Positions 38,301 through 50,904 of a stretch of 64,000 nucleotides of DNA are shown one piece after another. Source of the stretch: Raillietiella orientalis. Lineage: Eukaryota. The position numbers and the translations under genes were made by a program. Location: positions 806,001-870,000 of the forward strand of contig JAYWIR010000016.1 in NCBI GenBank assembly GCA_036172245.1, written 5' to 3'. The stretch's first letter is position 1; each line of letters starts with the position of its first letter. The notes beneath the pieces are model-generated. The model was not told the origin of the DNA. It saw only the letters and a program-made list of their open reading frames with translations, and did not search any database.

Positions 38301-41300
38301 CGAAGTACCATCGAAGAGACCCCGACCCGAGGATATTCCGCGCGAAAGAGCGAGACAAAACGAAAACGAAGATCGGCGGTCCTGTAGAAACGGTCGAAAC
38401 GCTCCACTCGCATTGACCGGGGAAGACAAGGGAGGAAGGAGGAAGGCTTCTGGTCTCGTGAGGACGCGCCCGCTCACTCGGAGGCTGAGCGCTCGCGAAG
38501 TCATCGCAGTAACTCAAGCCAGCAAAGGCTCGTGCAAGATGCAAGCTCCCAGCCCTGACCCCACGCGCACCCGCGCGGTCGCGCTCGCAACTCACTGTGC
38601 GCTCAAACACGCGGGTGCACGTTTCCCTCACGAGTGCAGGTGAGTAGGGGAACAGGCGGGACCGGGAGCGCTTTCCCCTGCTTCTCTACTTTTCGCAGCA
38701 GTTGTGGCTGCGGGGACCAAGGCGCTCATGGGGCCGAGGGAGGTGGGGTCAGCCACCGGCCGCCACTGCGCCTGCTGCGGCGGTGCCTCTTGGCTCGCAG
38801 CAGTTCTCTCGCCCCTACCCCAAAACGCCTAGCCCAGGGGCCGCCTTTCTCTCCATTCGGTCTCCGAGGCGACCAGCTTCCGGAGCCTCGACCATGGCTT
38901 AGCGGACGGATTGCGGAGACTTTTTCGGCACGCGCCGCATGGACGGAGGTGCACGCCGCAGTGTCTTTCCGCGCGACGCCGGAGTGTGCGTCGGCGGACT
39001 CCGGCGTCGGCGGAAAGATACTGTTGGGGGTAGGGGAGGGGGGCAGCCGGAGGAGGAGAAAGCGTTCCGCTTTTCCTCCTCCGTCCTCCCTCGTCTCTCG
39101 CAAAAGCGGTCGACCTGCAAGGGAAAACGTGTCCTCCCCTGGAGGCATTTTTTCTCGAGGTGCCGTGTTGGGCGCGAGGGGAGGTGTCAGGCAGGGTGGC
39201 ATCCCGAGTTGCCTCATGGGAGACTTTCGAAAAGGGGGAAGGGAGGTAGCATCCACCTCGTCCGCCTTCCCCTCTCCTCTCTCCAGCATCCGCCAACGAA
39301 TCAGCACGCTCCCGTCTCCCGCGAGAGCAGCTTCCCTTTTCCTCCCGAGGAGCTGGGACGTGCTACCCTTCCTTCCCTTCCTTAGGCCTCGAGACTCCCG
39401 CGGAGAACGCGGGCACCTCAGCCTCTCAGCTTTCCGACCATGCTTCTCTAGACGTCTGTCCCGATACCGGTTGATCGCTGAGGTCGCTCCCTGGATGGGT
39501 TCTTTCCTTCCTCTCGCCTTTTTGCGCCTTCCCCCTTTCTCTGCCGGACCTCCTCCATGAACTTCTGCATCCGATTATCCCCTTTTTCCCCTCCATCCAC
39601 GATGCGCTTTAGAGGAGTCAGCGTGTTGCCGTTAGCGACCACAGGTTGTTGCGAGTCGCACCGGAAGCGGACTTTGGGAACGCTTCTCCGGGGACGATTA
39701 GTGGGTTTCTGCTTTCTTCTCCCGAGGATTTGGAAAGGAAGGAAGAAAAAGTCCCCTTTCCTCCCACCCTCTTACTTTGCAGATCGGACTGCGGCCGAGA
39801 TAACTGCAGGACGGAGGGTCAAAGACAAGTGGCGCTCGACGAGGAGCGCCGAAGGGAGCGCCTGCCGCAGCCCGCGGACCGAATCCTCCGCCGTGCTCGT
39901 TGCTCTGGCACGCGCACATCGCGGCGGCGGTGTTCGTCCTCCTGCGGCTCCCGGCATGATTCTGGCTGGAGGGAGGGGAACACGTGATAGGCTAGCGCGC
40001 TAGTGGCGCTTCACGCGGGAGGAGCTGCTTGCGTACCCTTTAGGCAGATGTTCCTCCACTCGCCTCCAAGCAGAGACACGCGGACGCCGATCCCTATGCA
40101 AGGGCAAGAGGAAGCGCCATTTTACCACTCACCTATCCGGGAAAGCTAAGAAAGGATGCAGCACGAGCGGTGGCAGAGGCAGCAGCAACATTGGAAGATG
40201 AGGTCGTCTAGAAAAACGCTTGGGGGGGCTTGGAAGCCAAGTGTGGGGGCCGGAGGCCAAAGAAACTGTCAAAGGAATCGGTCGGTCGCATGCACCTTCG
40301 CTGGGTATGCGCCAAGAGAGGTCGTCACTTCAAGCGGATCCCCTCCGTGCTCCAGGCGTACTGACCTTCTAATGAAGCTTCCCAGCCTGCCGACGAGGCC
40401 GAAAAGATTTTGGTAGAAACTGGACATTTTCGGAATCAGGTATCAGAAGAAGGGAAGGAAAGGTCAGAGAGCTTTGTTGAGCTTGAAACAACTAAAGGGA
40501 AAAGGTGTAAGTTTGCACACAAACACGCAAAAATGAAGTCGTTCTCATGACAACAAGATTTTTCAGGAAGGCGAGCCGGACTGGACACGGAAACCACACT
40601 GATTCCCATTCCGTACCTACGCCGGACGGTTCTGGAGCCATGACCTACGTTTTCCCCAGTCCGACATGCTGTGTGCTGAATTTATCTTCTACTTTCGTTC
40701 ATGCAAGTGTTGGTCAATGTCACTGGTTTTCACTTTCAAAGTTGGTCTTCGGGCATCCAGTCGATGAGTTTGCGTGGGTAATTCACTCACATGACAAGGC
40801 TCCTGAGTCCTTTGCAGGATGTAACAGTACGTCCAAGCGGGAATGCGTCCACAACTTCCGATGCCGATTTCCCTTTTAACTACACTTTTCAGTATTTCAA
40901 CAGCCGGCACACTGTGGATTCCGGTCCTCCTTTTTGCCCTTCTTACCACGCTGCTCGTGATAAACAGGGCGATCGTGATGCGGACCATCGGGTTGTATCG
41001 AGGAACGTTGCCGTTCCCTTCAAACATCCCTGCCAGGATCTCCATCTTGTCCGTCCTCTGCAGGCCTTGGCCCAGTCCCGGCGCAGCGTCCTGGCAGGTG
41101 AGCACGTGGGGTTGCGTTTCCTTGGCTCCACAGGCCTTGCATATCTCTTCTTGCGCGTCCCCTGACCAGTGTCTCGCCCCCGTGCCGCTCAGGATGCCTC
41201 CGTGATAAAACAGCAGGTGGTCACCTTCAGTGTCGGGTGGTAGATCGCTCGTCCAGACCGTGGTCCCAACCTCCAGCAGGTTCATCTGTCGGCGCCCGTA

Positions 41301-41715
41301 GCGGCTGACGGCCACAGACAGAGCGTCGTCCTCGTCGGGATTCTTCTTCGCTGCTTCTCGGATGTTTCGTCTGGTGATCAGGCGCCAGCATTCGGATTCC
41401 TAATTTCTGCAGAGCTCTCGATCTTTGTGGGTAAATCTTTCTATCGTTTTCTTGGTGGGGTGGATCAGTCGCATTTTCTGGCGATCGTCACTGGTTTCAA
41501 ACTGCTCGCAGTCCTTGATGGTCCTGTTTGGCCTGTCGAACATCCACCTTCTGGTGTCCCAAGGGACGCTCAGGAAGCATGGGATGATCTTTGCCAGTTC
41601 GTGCCGGCGCTATTTTGAGTTCGTGGGTGTTCCCCAGTGCTTGCTTGCGCTTCCAAGCGGGATCGATGCTTCGCCACTGTCCTTGTTTGCCTATTAGGGT
41701 GGACATCAGACCTCT
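35353..41715. repeat. Segmental duplication, copy 1 (~6.4 kb)
   Basis: Colinear near-identity with 48073-54436 (offset 12720-12721); the ORF track gives paired, near-identical translations. Confidence 0.97.
36416..38183 (-). CDS. OTULIN/FAM105 (peptidase C101)-like protein with catalytic residues replaced, copy 1; 5' exons unresolved
   Basis: Exons 38183-37834, 37776-37477 and 36634-36416 have canonical, in-phase splice sites. Colinear matches to human OTULIN as recalled: GYAVLKAVL~NYCALRATL, ICEGLKLQML~LYEAVKFLML, LFGDVDNRTPLRWIMNRLN~LFARDTSNDPGQLLRNHLN, and gapless QVMMLCL..R..TYP..D..VFL..DGRMYK~QVEMFLL..R..VYP..D..VTL..DDRHYN. Confidence 0.8.
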
Positions 41716-42795
41716 GGAATATCGAGCAACTGCGAGTAGGCTTTATGCGCTGCATAGGGCCACTCGTCCCATTTGTCGGCACGATCCAGGATTTGTCGCA
41801 CGTCCTGCAGATCCATGGATTGCTCGTACGATTTGATCCCGGTCCCGCCCTTGTCTCGCGGTCGGCACAACAGTTTTAGTCTGACCTTCGTCTTTAACTC
41901 TTTCCATAGCATTTTTCTCTGCAGTTGTTCCACCTGGTTGCTCGTCCGCTCGTTTAGTCGGCAGGAGGCCGCTCTGAGGAGCTCCTTGGGAAGGAGGACT
42001 CCGTTCCACAGGTTTGCCCTCTGCTTTCAGGCAAAAGTCCAGTTGGACGTATTTTGCAGCCTCTTCTCTCGTTTTCCCCAGGATTTCTTCCCACATGTGC
42101 TGCGAAGCCGAGGCGTCGCCGATGTGGATTCCCCAGTACTTGATGCCGTCCACTACTTGGAATCCAGTCTCCGTTACGGCGGACCGGTGGAGGATTCCGA
42201 TGGGCAATAGCTGGGATTTCTGGGCGTTGATCTTCAAGCTTAGGCCTCTCTCCATGGACTTGACGACACCGAGGAACGCATGCTGGTCCCTCTCGTCCTT
42301 CAGGAAGAAGAGGAGATCGTCCGCATGCTCCAGTTGCGTTAGTTTGTCGTCGTCTAGCCTTAGTCCTTGCAGACGGCCGCCACAATGCGCCAGTGACGAA
42401 ACCGCCTGCATGCACACCACGAACAGCATCGGACTACGGGCGTCTCCTTTGAGGATTGTCCTCTCCATCCGGAAGACTGCCGTGTCTTGCCCGTTGATGG
42501 TTATCCTGCAGTACTGTCCTTCGAGATTCTTCAGCATGTAGTCGCCGAAGTATTCCGGGTAGACCAGCTTCCTCAAAATCTTCAGTAGGATTCCATGTTG
42601 CACGGTATCGAACGCCTCCTCCATATCTGTGCATCCAGCACCAGGTTGTCGCCGATGTAGCGACTGTTACCTATGGTCGCCTGGGCACACTTCACGTTGT
42701 CAGACATGCTGCATCCGGGCACCGCGCAAGTCTGCATTGGAGAGATGACGGATGAGAGCGTCTTGCTTAAGCAGTTGGCCCAGATCTTGGCCAAC
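40500..42795 (-). mobile_element. L1/Tx1-like ORF2 (RT plus Zn finger), downstream part of element A; frameshifted pseudogene
   Basis: AKIWANCLSKTLSSVISPMQ, DMEEAFDTVQH, LKGDARSPMLF, HADDLLFF, LKINAQKS, IKYWGI, RPRDKGGTG, CKACGAKETQPHVLTC. Confidence 0.92.
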
Positions 42796-44875
42796 CTGCG
42801 TTTCTTTTTGCAACTGCCACGTGTACGGTATTTCCGTTCGCAGGGGCATCAGGCAGGGCGACAGTTTAAGCCCGTTGCTCTTCAGCATCTTTGAGCTGGT
42901 GCTGAGGGTGTACAGGCTGACGCTGGAGTACCTGCCTAGCTCTTGCCCGTGAACGCCTGCCGTGGCTGCCTATGCAGATGACCTGCTTCTTCTGCTCCCC
43001 ATGTCCACCCCGGCGTCCAGTGCCGAAGATTTCTTCGAACTGATTCGTCGGGGACCGGGCGTGAGCGTGAACAGGAAGAAGAGCATGGTCGTTCCTGTGG
43101 GAGCGTCGTGGGAGGGGCAGTTCGACTGGATCCGCCTGGGAATCCCCACGGCAGGGTTCTTCAAGTACCTTGGCGTTCCGCTGGGCGACCTTGGAGCTGC
43201 CGAGGCGTGGTCGGACTGCCTTCATAAGGCAGAGTTGGCCGCCAGCCCGTTCATTAATGTTAAGTTTACCTTGCCGGAACGGGCGGCCATTTGGAATAAC
43301 TTCCTGGCCCTCCTCCTCCGACACCTGTTTTTTATCATGGACCCCCCCCTACGCGGCCAAAGAGCGGGCAAAACGCCTGCTAAGAAACGCTCTCTGGGGT
43401 CCGGCGCAATCCAGGATCCTCCTTAAAGACCTGACGGCTCCACGTCGGGATGCCGACCTTGGCACCCTGACGATGGAGCGGATTGGACTGCAACTGCAGT
43501 TCCGGATGCTAACACTGTGTGCCGAGCTTTGGGCTGCCCCGCTCTGTGCGCCTGCGCACATCCTCCTACGGAGGTGTGCCGGTAGTGAAGGACTTCTTTC
43601 CTTGGTTCCGGGCAGGCGCTACAGAAAACAGGGGTTTGGCTATCCTTTGAGGGCACTCGCCTCACTGCTGGAAGCCAATTCGTGAATTTCCTGCCGCCCA
43701 ATGAACTACAATGCTTGGCGGCAGAAATCTGTTGATTCTTGGGCTGCATTTCTGGAAATGAGTACCGATGATCTTCGCCCACTGCGTCAATTCCAACCTG
43801 GGTCACTCCAAGATGTGATGCAGGACGAGGTGAAGTTTTCCACCCTGGCCGCCACGCCCCTCGCCGAAGCGCTGTCTGCCCTCGAGGATAGAGAAGACAG
43901 TAGCCAACTTGCGAGTTGGGAGTTCTCCTGCACCATCGCAGGAAGAACGAAACTTCTCGGCGAATGGGACATGAGGGAGCTGGCGGATGCCTCCACTCGT
44001 GCTACGGCAAAGGGACTTCTTCGGTTGAGAGAAGCTCTTGGTGTTGCCCCCGATGAACTGATTGTTCCTCCCTGCTGTTTGTACAGTTCGGTGTTTCCCC
44101 TTGCATGCAAGCAAGACGTCTTTCTCTTCTTGCACTGGGGTTTCCGCCACAACGAGCGGCGGCGCCGAGTTTCTGGTGGGGTGGCTTCTCCCTACTGTGC
44201 CCGGTGCGGGGAGACGGAGTCGTTCCCGCACCTTGTTGTGGATTGCGGTACCTCCAGGAACTCTGGCGGACGTTGGCAACAGCACTCCTGTCACCGGGGG
44301 ACACCGCCCGAGAAGTGCTGCGACGGTTCTTCCAACCGCAAGGACTTTCGACGGCTGCGATGATTTCGACAGTTAGTTGCATCCGCGCCATCGTCATGGT
44401 CCGAGACGTGCTGGAGAACACATGTCAGCGATGATGTGTCATCAGGAAGGCAGCTGACTTCATCAGTGCGGCTGCTGGGTGGCGACTCTTTACCGAAAAT
44501 GAAACAGAGGAGCTCACCAGCATCCATGGTCGGATTACCTATGGTTTGGAACGTCGAACCCGGTGATCCACCTCCATTCCCATTCAATTTCATTTTTATT
44601 TTCGCGCTATACTTCCCATTCGCTCTGTAGTGCTTTTGGTACTCTTAGTCTTTGTGTTTTCCGGGGACTGCGGAGCGTCACCAAAGATCCCTGGCCCTTT
44701 CCTCCCATTTAGACTGTTCTTCTTTGTTTGTTGTCCCCCCCTAATCTACCACCCGTTCCTGACCTTCCGGTTTCCTGGCCTGCGTGCCAGTGGCGTATCT
44801 TCGTTGTAGGTTTTCTCGTAGTTGTCGGCTGGAAAGAACTGTTTCCAGATGGTTTATCAAAATAAACGTCCCGGC
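42796..44875 (+). mobile_element. Family X retrotransposon (element B), 5'-truncated, nested antisense in element A
   Basis: RRGIRQGDSLSPLLF, AYADDLLL, VNRKKS, FKYLGVP, CARCGETESFPHLVVDC; ends AATAAACGTCCCGGC. Confidence 0.92.
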
Positions 44876-44884
44876 GTGACCAGG

Positions 44885-45760
44885 TAAGAAACTTTGAGTC
44901 TGTGTTCAGGATGGAGATAGGACGCCATTGGTTGGGTCTCCTCCCTTTGTCAGCAGTCTCATCCTGCTTTCGTGGAACGAATCGGGGATTCGTTCTTCTT
45001 GATTGCGAAGCGTCAGCTCGTAAAACAACCGCAGGTAGGCGCGCAGGTGCCGCTGATAGTGCGAGATGGGCACGCAATCAGAGCCTGCAGCCACATCCTT
45101 GAGGAGTTCTCCGAATGCCTGCTTCGCTTCTTCCATGAAGATTTCTTCTTCCAGGCTTTCCTTCTGCTGCCTGCTGAGCGTCTCTTCTGTAGGTGGCGAA
45201 GGAACACCTCTTCCTCAGTTCTGCACAGTTCTTGGGCGTCGGAGGTGGGCGGCGTAATGTTCATCGGAAGCCATGACGCTCGTGGAAAATCCCGCTGGAT
45301 CTGGTGGCGTATCTGAAGGGAAGGGTCGCTAAGATGCCAGCCGCTGCAGAAGGCGCACTTCCCGACAGTAGCGGCGATCCTCAACCCCATTCCCTTCGGA
45401 GCGTTCTGCGAGGACCCGGGGAGGGGGAGGGGGAGGGAGTTCCGGACTGCGAGTCCCGGACTCGACGGGAAGACTCCAGCGCAGAATTCCGCACGTCAGT
45501 CGCTCTGTGTCAACAGCACTTTTCGCGGGTAACACGGTTGTCACACTCCATCCCTTCCTCTATGGAACGCATTAGCAGTTGCACGCACTGCCAACGGCAT
45601 CGTATCTCCCCCGCAAGGAGCGCTTGTGCGGCAGCCGCGCAGAGGGAGGGGTGGGTAAGCTGGGCATTGGTAGCGTGTCCTCTGGTGTGCTTATCTTGCC
45701 CGAGGAGTCGGAAAGTCCTCCGCGGTGCTGGCTCATGCTTGGCTGACTAGAATAAGGGTC
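44885..45760 (-). mobile_element. Upstream part of element A (linker and RT N-terminus)
   Basis: EEAKQAFGELLKDVAAGSDCVP..IPDSFHESRMRLLTK..WRPISILNTDSKFL, which continues into AKIWANCL at ~42790. Confidence 0.85.
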
Positions 45761-48022
45761 ACCAGAATGGGGTCTTCCCCACCATCTCGCAAAATTGACG
45801 CCCCTTAGGATAGGATGGGTTTCCTTCTCTCTCTCTTTCTCTTACCCCTCATTTTCAGGGTGCGGTATTGAGGCAGCGGTCCTGTTTTGTCGCACACTTT
45901 CCTGCGCTCTCCTTCCGGGATGGCTTTTGAACGCAATCGGACCCACCGCCCGCTGAACCCATCTCCTTCCTCTCTCCGATGAAATTCAGGACCTCTTCCG
46001 CTCCTGCCTGCAGGCCTTTCGCTCTTCACTCCTCCCTTCGGTGCTTTCCCTACCGATGCAGGGAAGATGCGGCCTCCTGGAGACCCGAAGCAAGCGCATG
46101 CGGCTCTGTGAGGTACTTCGTTTGCCCCGCGGCCTCACGACCCTTACTCTTCCCTTCTTTTCCTGGATACTTCGCGGGGGTAGGGGAAGTAGTGAAAATC
46201 CCCTCCCCTTCCCCGGTGTGCCTCACAGCCGGAGCAATGAGGGCGAGGCGCTTTTAGCTACGCGCGGAAGGGAGAAAGGTGGCGGTAGATGGAGGTAAGG
46301 AAGGTGTCGACCCTTCCCTCTTCCCATTCCACGAAGAAGACTTCGATCCTGAGGATCGTCAGCATGCGCACGGAAACTAAGCTTCCGTTTCCTGGCCCGC
46401 GCCGACTCTCGCAAAGCGTTTTCCTGGAGTCTGGACGCGGCGGGAGTGCGGGTCAGCTACTCCGGAATCCCAGGGAACGTCGCTACGGTCGGAGATCGGC
46501 CAGAAAGGGGGGCGAGGTCTCCCAGGAGATTCTCCGAGCCGGAGAGGAAACGCTGGGATGCGAGCTGGATCGCTCTCTCTCAGGACCTCTCCCACACTTT
46601 CCTCCCCGGCAATCCAAGAGCGCGGGGGAAGGAGCCGCAGAAGTCGCAGCAAAGACTTCAAGGGAAGGAAAGTGTGGGAGGTTACGTAGTAAGAGGAGAC
46701 TCGTCAGAAGGAAATGATGCTGCTTTTCTCCTCGATAAGATTTCTAATAGCAGCATCTCGTCTGCACAAACCTTCTAAGCGAGTCTGCATGCTTGGGTTT
46801 CTAATCTGTTAGGGTAGTGGGAAGTTTCCACTATCGTCTACCCCTGCTTTTTCTCTTCAACTCGTTTTGTGATTCTGAAGGCTCTTTCATAATGGACGGT
46901 GGTCCATCCGATGTTGCCAGCGCTTATCATCGACCTAGCATGCCTCCTGTCGAATTCTCCAACGTTACATGACTTCCCGGATTTCCAAATCCCAGAAATC
47001 CCACGACGATTGCTCCCACGACGGCGCTCATCCCTTTTAGAGTCTAAGCGAAGAGCCAGTCCTCGCTGCTTGCTCCCCTGCTCCTGTCTTTCCTTCTCCA
47101 GCGCTGCAAGGAATATTCGTTGGAGCAAGCTACGTCCAGTGTGATTGCTTTTCCTGAGTCCTGGACCACTATGTGTAGCTTTAGCTTCGAAACTGTGTGC
47201 CCGGAACACTTTGATTGGAGACCGCTGATCTTTCAGAGTAGCCCTCTAGATCTGTGTCAGTATAGCTCGGTTTGCCGATGCATCTGCTGAAGATGTGATT
47301 TACACATTCTTCCCATCTTTCGAACTTTGTGCACTGGCAGCCGATGCCATCCCTGATGGAGGACACCCACACAGACAAAAGAAGGTGTTGAATCTGCAAC
47401 CCGTGTATCGAAGGTGTTCCCCGTTAGATAGAAAAGCCCTACTCTGCCGAACGCAGGACAAGGTCTTCCCTTGATCCGGGTATTTTGCAATGCGGGATGT
47501 CTTTTCTGCATTTTAGTAAATTGTACATGGGCTTGAGGCAATTTGCTTTCTATGATTTTCAAATAGTATAATTGCCGCCCATCCTCTCGTGTGTGCGTCA
47601 AAAGTGGAGCAGCCAATGTAATTGCGAGCATTGACTCATTTCGAACAGGAACTAAGAGTGATGACGTTGATGGAGTTTCCCCCCTTCTTTCCCCCGGGTC
47701 GGTACAACTGTTCTGTGGAATCTTCGTTTTTATTTAAGGACATGACGATTGTAGTAAAGGTTTTGTCTCACAGAACTCCTGGAACCAACGGGCACTCTCG
47801 CAGATGTTCTGTTGGTTATGATAGCAACCGATAAACATGAACACTGGAATATTGTGGTTTATCCTTGGAGGAAAGTGAATTGTCCAGGTGACACAAATAA
47901 AAAGAAAAGAAAAGCTTTACTTGACCTTCCTGTCACCTTTGGAGCGCAGATGCCGGATTCCCCCCTCCTCCCTCCCCACTCCGAAACTTTCAAGCATGTA
48001 AACCAAACCTGGGCGCCTACGG

Positions 48023-48074
48023 CTCTTCCAAATCTTTAAACTTGCTTGCTCGATGTTCAGTGGAGAGATGATGA
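48023..48074 (+). repeat. 52-bp direct repeat at the left flank of duplication copy 2
   Basis: ctcttccaaatctttaaacttgcttgctcgatgttcagtggagagatgatga; 49/52 identical to 54449-54500. Confidence 0.9.
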
Positions 48075-49136
48075 GCCACTTTTTACTGCACAGACGGCTT
48101 CGGGAACGCCTAGGCACAAGCCGAATCGTAGAAGGGAGCGCGGCTCCGACGCCACCAAGCCCTTGGCTCCGGAAGTCTGGCGGCTGCCAAGAGGCGTTAC
48201 GGGAGCGCATAGAGGGAGGTTCGGATCCTCCGCTCAAAGCAGGGGGGCGGAAATCCTGCTGTCTCCGTTCGAGCAGCCTCGAAGCGGAGGGAGCTGGCAG
48301 GAGGTGACTGAGAGCTCCCCTGGGGAGACCACCGTCGACTCTAGAGGGAAGGGTGGAGGGGAAAGTCGTCTTGGAAGCTGCTCGGGCGGCGAGACGACTG
48401 AAAGAGACATCTTGCCCCCACACTTCCTCTCCCGCGTCATCGACCTGTGGGAAAGAACCACCTCCGACCTGAGGGCAAAATCCACTTCCCTCCCACACGC
48501 AAACTTCACTGGTTATGAGGACGCCTTCCGGGATCACATGCACATCACTCCCCCCTTTCCACCCTCGTGCTTGCAGGCGGTTGCAAGTCCCGAAACGCCC
48601 TGACTGGGACAACAGAAGCACTCGTCGGGTTCGGGAAGGCAGCGCCCCCCTCCGCCCCTCATGCGTTGTTCAAGCGGGCGGCTAGCGGCCGCACTGGAGC
48701 ACTCCAGGGCCCACAAACAGGGGCTTCTGAAGTGCGTGGTTCCTCCTTGTCCCCTCTTCTGTGGGTGCGCAGCCTCGACCCCAGGAAGGAACTGGCAGGC
48801 CACATGGAGCCAACCATCGAGCAGTGGGGCAAGGGCAGGGATGGATAAGCCATCCTTCACTCTCCCCCCTGTGAGGGAGAGAAGGGGGGGAGTAGAAGGT
48901 TGAGAGGATCTGCCACTCAATGGATGAGGCGCCAACCGGCTTCAGCGGAAAGGCAACCGCTAAAGAGGAAGGAGGAGAGGTAGGACGTTTCCCTCGGTCC
49001 CTACCTCCCAAGCAACTCCCCTCGGTTTTCCCCCGTGATCGTCAAAGAAACAAATTGTATTTGCATGCTTCATGAAGCTGTTCGAGGGTCGCCCGGAAGA
49101 GAGAGAAGGGCAGGGGAAGGGGAGGGAGTAGCCTTT

Positions 49137-50904
49137 TCAGGCATCCTCATAGAATTTGTACATCCTGCCGTCCAAAGTTTCCAGGAAGACGAAGTTTTCG
49201 TCGCGGCATCCTTCCTCCGGGTAGGTGACCATCTCGAAACTTCCCTTGGCGTCGTACCTCCTCTTGATGATGACGCACGTGTCCAACATGCGGACGAGGC
49301 ACAGCATCACCACCTGGAAGGTGTAGATCGCATCCATCCCTTCCACCTCCCGCTTCTGAGAGGGGAAGGAGGTAGGGAGTCTTCCCATGGCCCTCCCTGC
49401 TAACTCCCGGTTCTTCTCCCTCTCCCGAGACTCGGGAGGAGGCGGGAGACGGGAAGGAACGCCTCTCCGAAAAGAATGTCTCCCTCTGTCCGGTTCCTCC
49501 CTGTAATGCGTGCGGGAAGGAGGAGTGCCCCGGTCCTTCCTTCTTTGTCCCGTCTTCGCCAGAGCTTGCCGAGAGGCGTCTCGAGGCCGGCAGCAGCGAC
49601 GGTCAGCGCAGTGTCAGAGCAAGCAACGACCACCGCCCTCTCCCCTTGCATACCCTCTGCTCACTTGAACTGTTGCCCGTTTCTTGAGGAGGGACCCGCC
49701 CACACTTCAACTTCACTCCTGCGGGAGGTTACGTTGGCCACCCTACAGTTCCCTCACCTTCGGGGTCATCCCAGGGACACCCTGCTCTCCAGAACTTCCC
49801 GCAGGGACGGATCCTCCACCTCCGTTCACCCTTCCTGCCTCCTTTCTAGCTGCCGGATCCCGTGCAGGAGTGCTGCCCGCCTCCAGGGGAGAGGGACGAG
49901 AAGAAAAGGGAGGAAAAGGGAGGAGAAAGGGGGTTTGCTGAGGGTGGTGGGGGAGAGAGGGGGAGGTGAAGGAGTGGGAATCCACCGAACGTCTACCCAC
50001 CCCCAACTCCTCTTTCCCTTTCCGCTCCCACAGGGGGACGAGTGCAGGAAGCCGATCGGAAACAAGGAGGCAGCTCCTGCGCGCGGACGCCTCCTCTCCC
50101 CCTCCGCAAAACCTCCACCCGCGTGGGGAAGGGACGGGAGGGATTCTCTTTTCGTGTTTGCCGCCACACCCCCTTCGCGGGGAGGCAGGGCGCTTACGTC
50201 GTCCACTTTCACGTCGTCTACCGTCCTCTTGTGGATCCACGTGATGTGGTTGAGACGGTTCATGATCCACCTCAAGGGGGTCCTGTTATCCACGTCGCCG
50301 AAGAGTTCCTTCCAGAGCTTCGCGTTGGGGCCGTAGCCATCGTTCACCTTCATCCAGTAGTACTGCCTCATCACGTACGACAGCATCTGCAGCTTCAGCC
50401 CCTCACAGATCATTGTCCCGAAGCGCTGGTTGCTCTCCAGCGCCTCGACGACGAACCTCTCTCTGAACTGCTCGGGCACCTCCTGGGTCCTCTTCACCTG
50501 GAAGAGGAAAGGAGCGGCCGGGAAGCGCGTCCGAGGAGCCGATGTCTCCCTTACGAACAGCTTGAGAGCGCACAGACAGCCACGCATCCAGGCGACGCGA
50601 TCCTCCAGGTCCTCCCCGAACTCCTTCTCGTCCAGCGGGGGGTTCAGCCGCCAGATACGCAGCATGTCCCATTTCCCAAATTTATTGAACATCTCCTCGT
50701 ACTCCTTTCTCGGGGAGAAGAGGTCGTCCTCGAAGTGGACGAGGTTCTTGAGGACCAGACCGGCCAGAACGGCCTTAAGCACCGCATACCCGTCGGGACC
50801 GAAGAGACCTTCGCGCTGCCTAGGTGGGGCGCAGCCACTGACCACCAGCGATTGTACCATCTCCAGGAAGCCGGCGGCTTCCCATTGCTGTTCGTCGCTT
50901 TCGC
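49137..50904 (-). CDS. OTULIN/FAM105-like pseudo-deubiquitinase, copy 2; 5' exons unresolved
   Basis: Paralog of copy 1 at offset 12721. Exons 50904-50555, 50497-50198 and 49355-49137; splice sites and open frame are kept despite many substitutions. Confidence 0.8.
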
